DNA of 64,000 bases from Tubiluchus corallicola (taxonomy: Eukaryota > Animalia > Priapulida). The first letter of the stretch is position 1, and each line of letters begins with the position of its first letter. This document shows, one piece after another, positions 63,209 to 64,000 of this stretch. Under the pieces are notes generated by a model, which was not told the DNA's origin, did no database searches, and was given only the letters and a program-made list of their open reading frames with translations. The DNA is taken from NCBI GenBank assembly GCA_030141605.1, contig JAQGDQ010000784.1, positions 31,989 through 95,988 on the forward strand, in the 5' to 3' direction. A program made the translations under genes and the position numbers.

Positions 63209-63589
63209 CAGGGCCTATTTCAGAATAGGCGAGCCCCAGGGAAGTGGGGCGTATGAAGCTCCATGGGGGGGGGGCGCTACCATGGTTGGCGCCCAGAAAA
63301 TTTTTGAACTGCTAGAATGCCGGAGAAGCATTTTCGAAGAGAAAATATGGAGTTATACAGTTGTTAAAGGAAAGAACACTTGAAAGAAAAACTGCTTTAT
63401 TCTCAAGACTAGTCCTTAATACTTGTCAATACTCGCAAACGGCGCATCTGCGGAGAGAGAGAGAGAGAGAGAGAGAGAGGCAGTATGTTCTCATAAAGCA
63501 AAAAATGTTACCGTGGCGCGAGGCCCCCCCTGGAGGGTGAGGCCCCGGGGAATTATCCCCACTTCCCCCCTCCCTTGAAATAGGCGCTG
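63209..63589. mobile_element. hAT-type MITE (second family)
   Basis: TIR CAG(G/C)GCCTATTTCA; perfect 8-bp TSD ACTGCAAA (63201-63208 and 63590-63597). Confidence 0.85.
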
Positions 63590-63898
63590 ACTGCAAATCA
63601 CCCAAGTTTGGTTGCCCGACTCTTGCTCTTTTTGAAATGTAAACGACCTTTGAGAAGTCAACCACCCAATAGGTTCTGTATGTACCAAATGTTTGGTCGT
63701 CAGCCTCTACAGTTGTACAGCTGTAAGTCTCTTATAAGAAAGCAATAACTCAACTAAGTCATCAATTGCTGTGGTGTTATCTGCTCTTTTTCAAAGTAAA
63801 GTAGACATTTTGAGTAAACTTTGTTTTACATAAAAGGGCGAGTTTCTAGGAATTAACATGTCTATTGAGCGACGATCATATCGGCTATATTGGAGCCA

Positions 63899-64000
63899 TT
63901 GGTTGGTTGGCATCCTTCTGTCTCGGAAGACAATGGAGTGTGCGCCAAGAGAGTCAGTTATTGATCACATTGATGGATCTGCAGCGTCGACTGTGGCTAA
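63899..64000 (-). mobile_element. 5S rRNA-headed SINE family, copy 3 (3' end only; runs off the window)
   Basis: TTGGTTGGTTGGCATCCTTCTGTCTCGGAAGACAATGGAGTGTGCGCCAAGAGAG is the reverse complement of the 3' end of copy 2. Confidence 0.8.

Overview
AT-rich, repeat-dense genomic DNA from a bilaterian invertebrate (spliceosomal introns, microsatellites, LINE fragments, MITEs); not prokaryotic. Three genes can be built from the sequence. (1) A four-exon + strand gene (CDS 19892-31094, about 269 aa), split across small ORFs in the track, encodes a secreted protein with the motif pattern of Unpaired (Upd)/IL-6-type class I helical cytokines. It has a compact CRE + kB + IRF-E + TATA + Inr promoter, upstream tandem arrays carrying kB and ISRE-like motifs, an AP-1/kB cluster in intron 2 and AU-rich elements in the 3' UTR. 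(2) A full-length Sidekick (6 Ig, FNIII array, TM, C-terminal GFSSFV) on the - strand has its entire 6.4 kb CDS in one exon, with introns apparently only in the 5' UTR. (3) A six-coding-exon BNIP1/Sec20 on the + strand has its last 14 codons and stop amplified into about 30 copies of a 65-bp unit. Mobile DNA includes three copies of a 5S rRNA-headed SINE, hAT, Kolobok-like, piggyBac-like and Tc1/mariner-like MITEs, a probable solo LTR and many LINE 3' fragments. Family assignments rest on recalled motifs, not on database searches.
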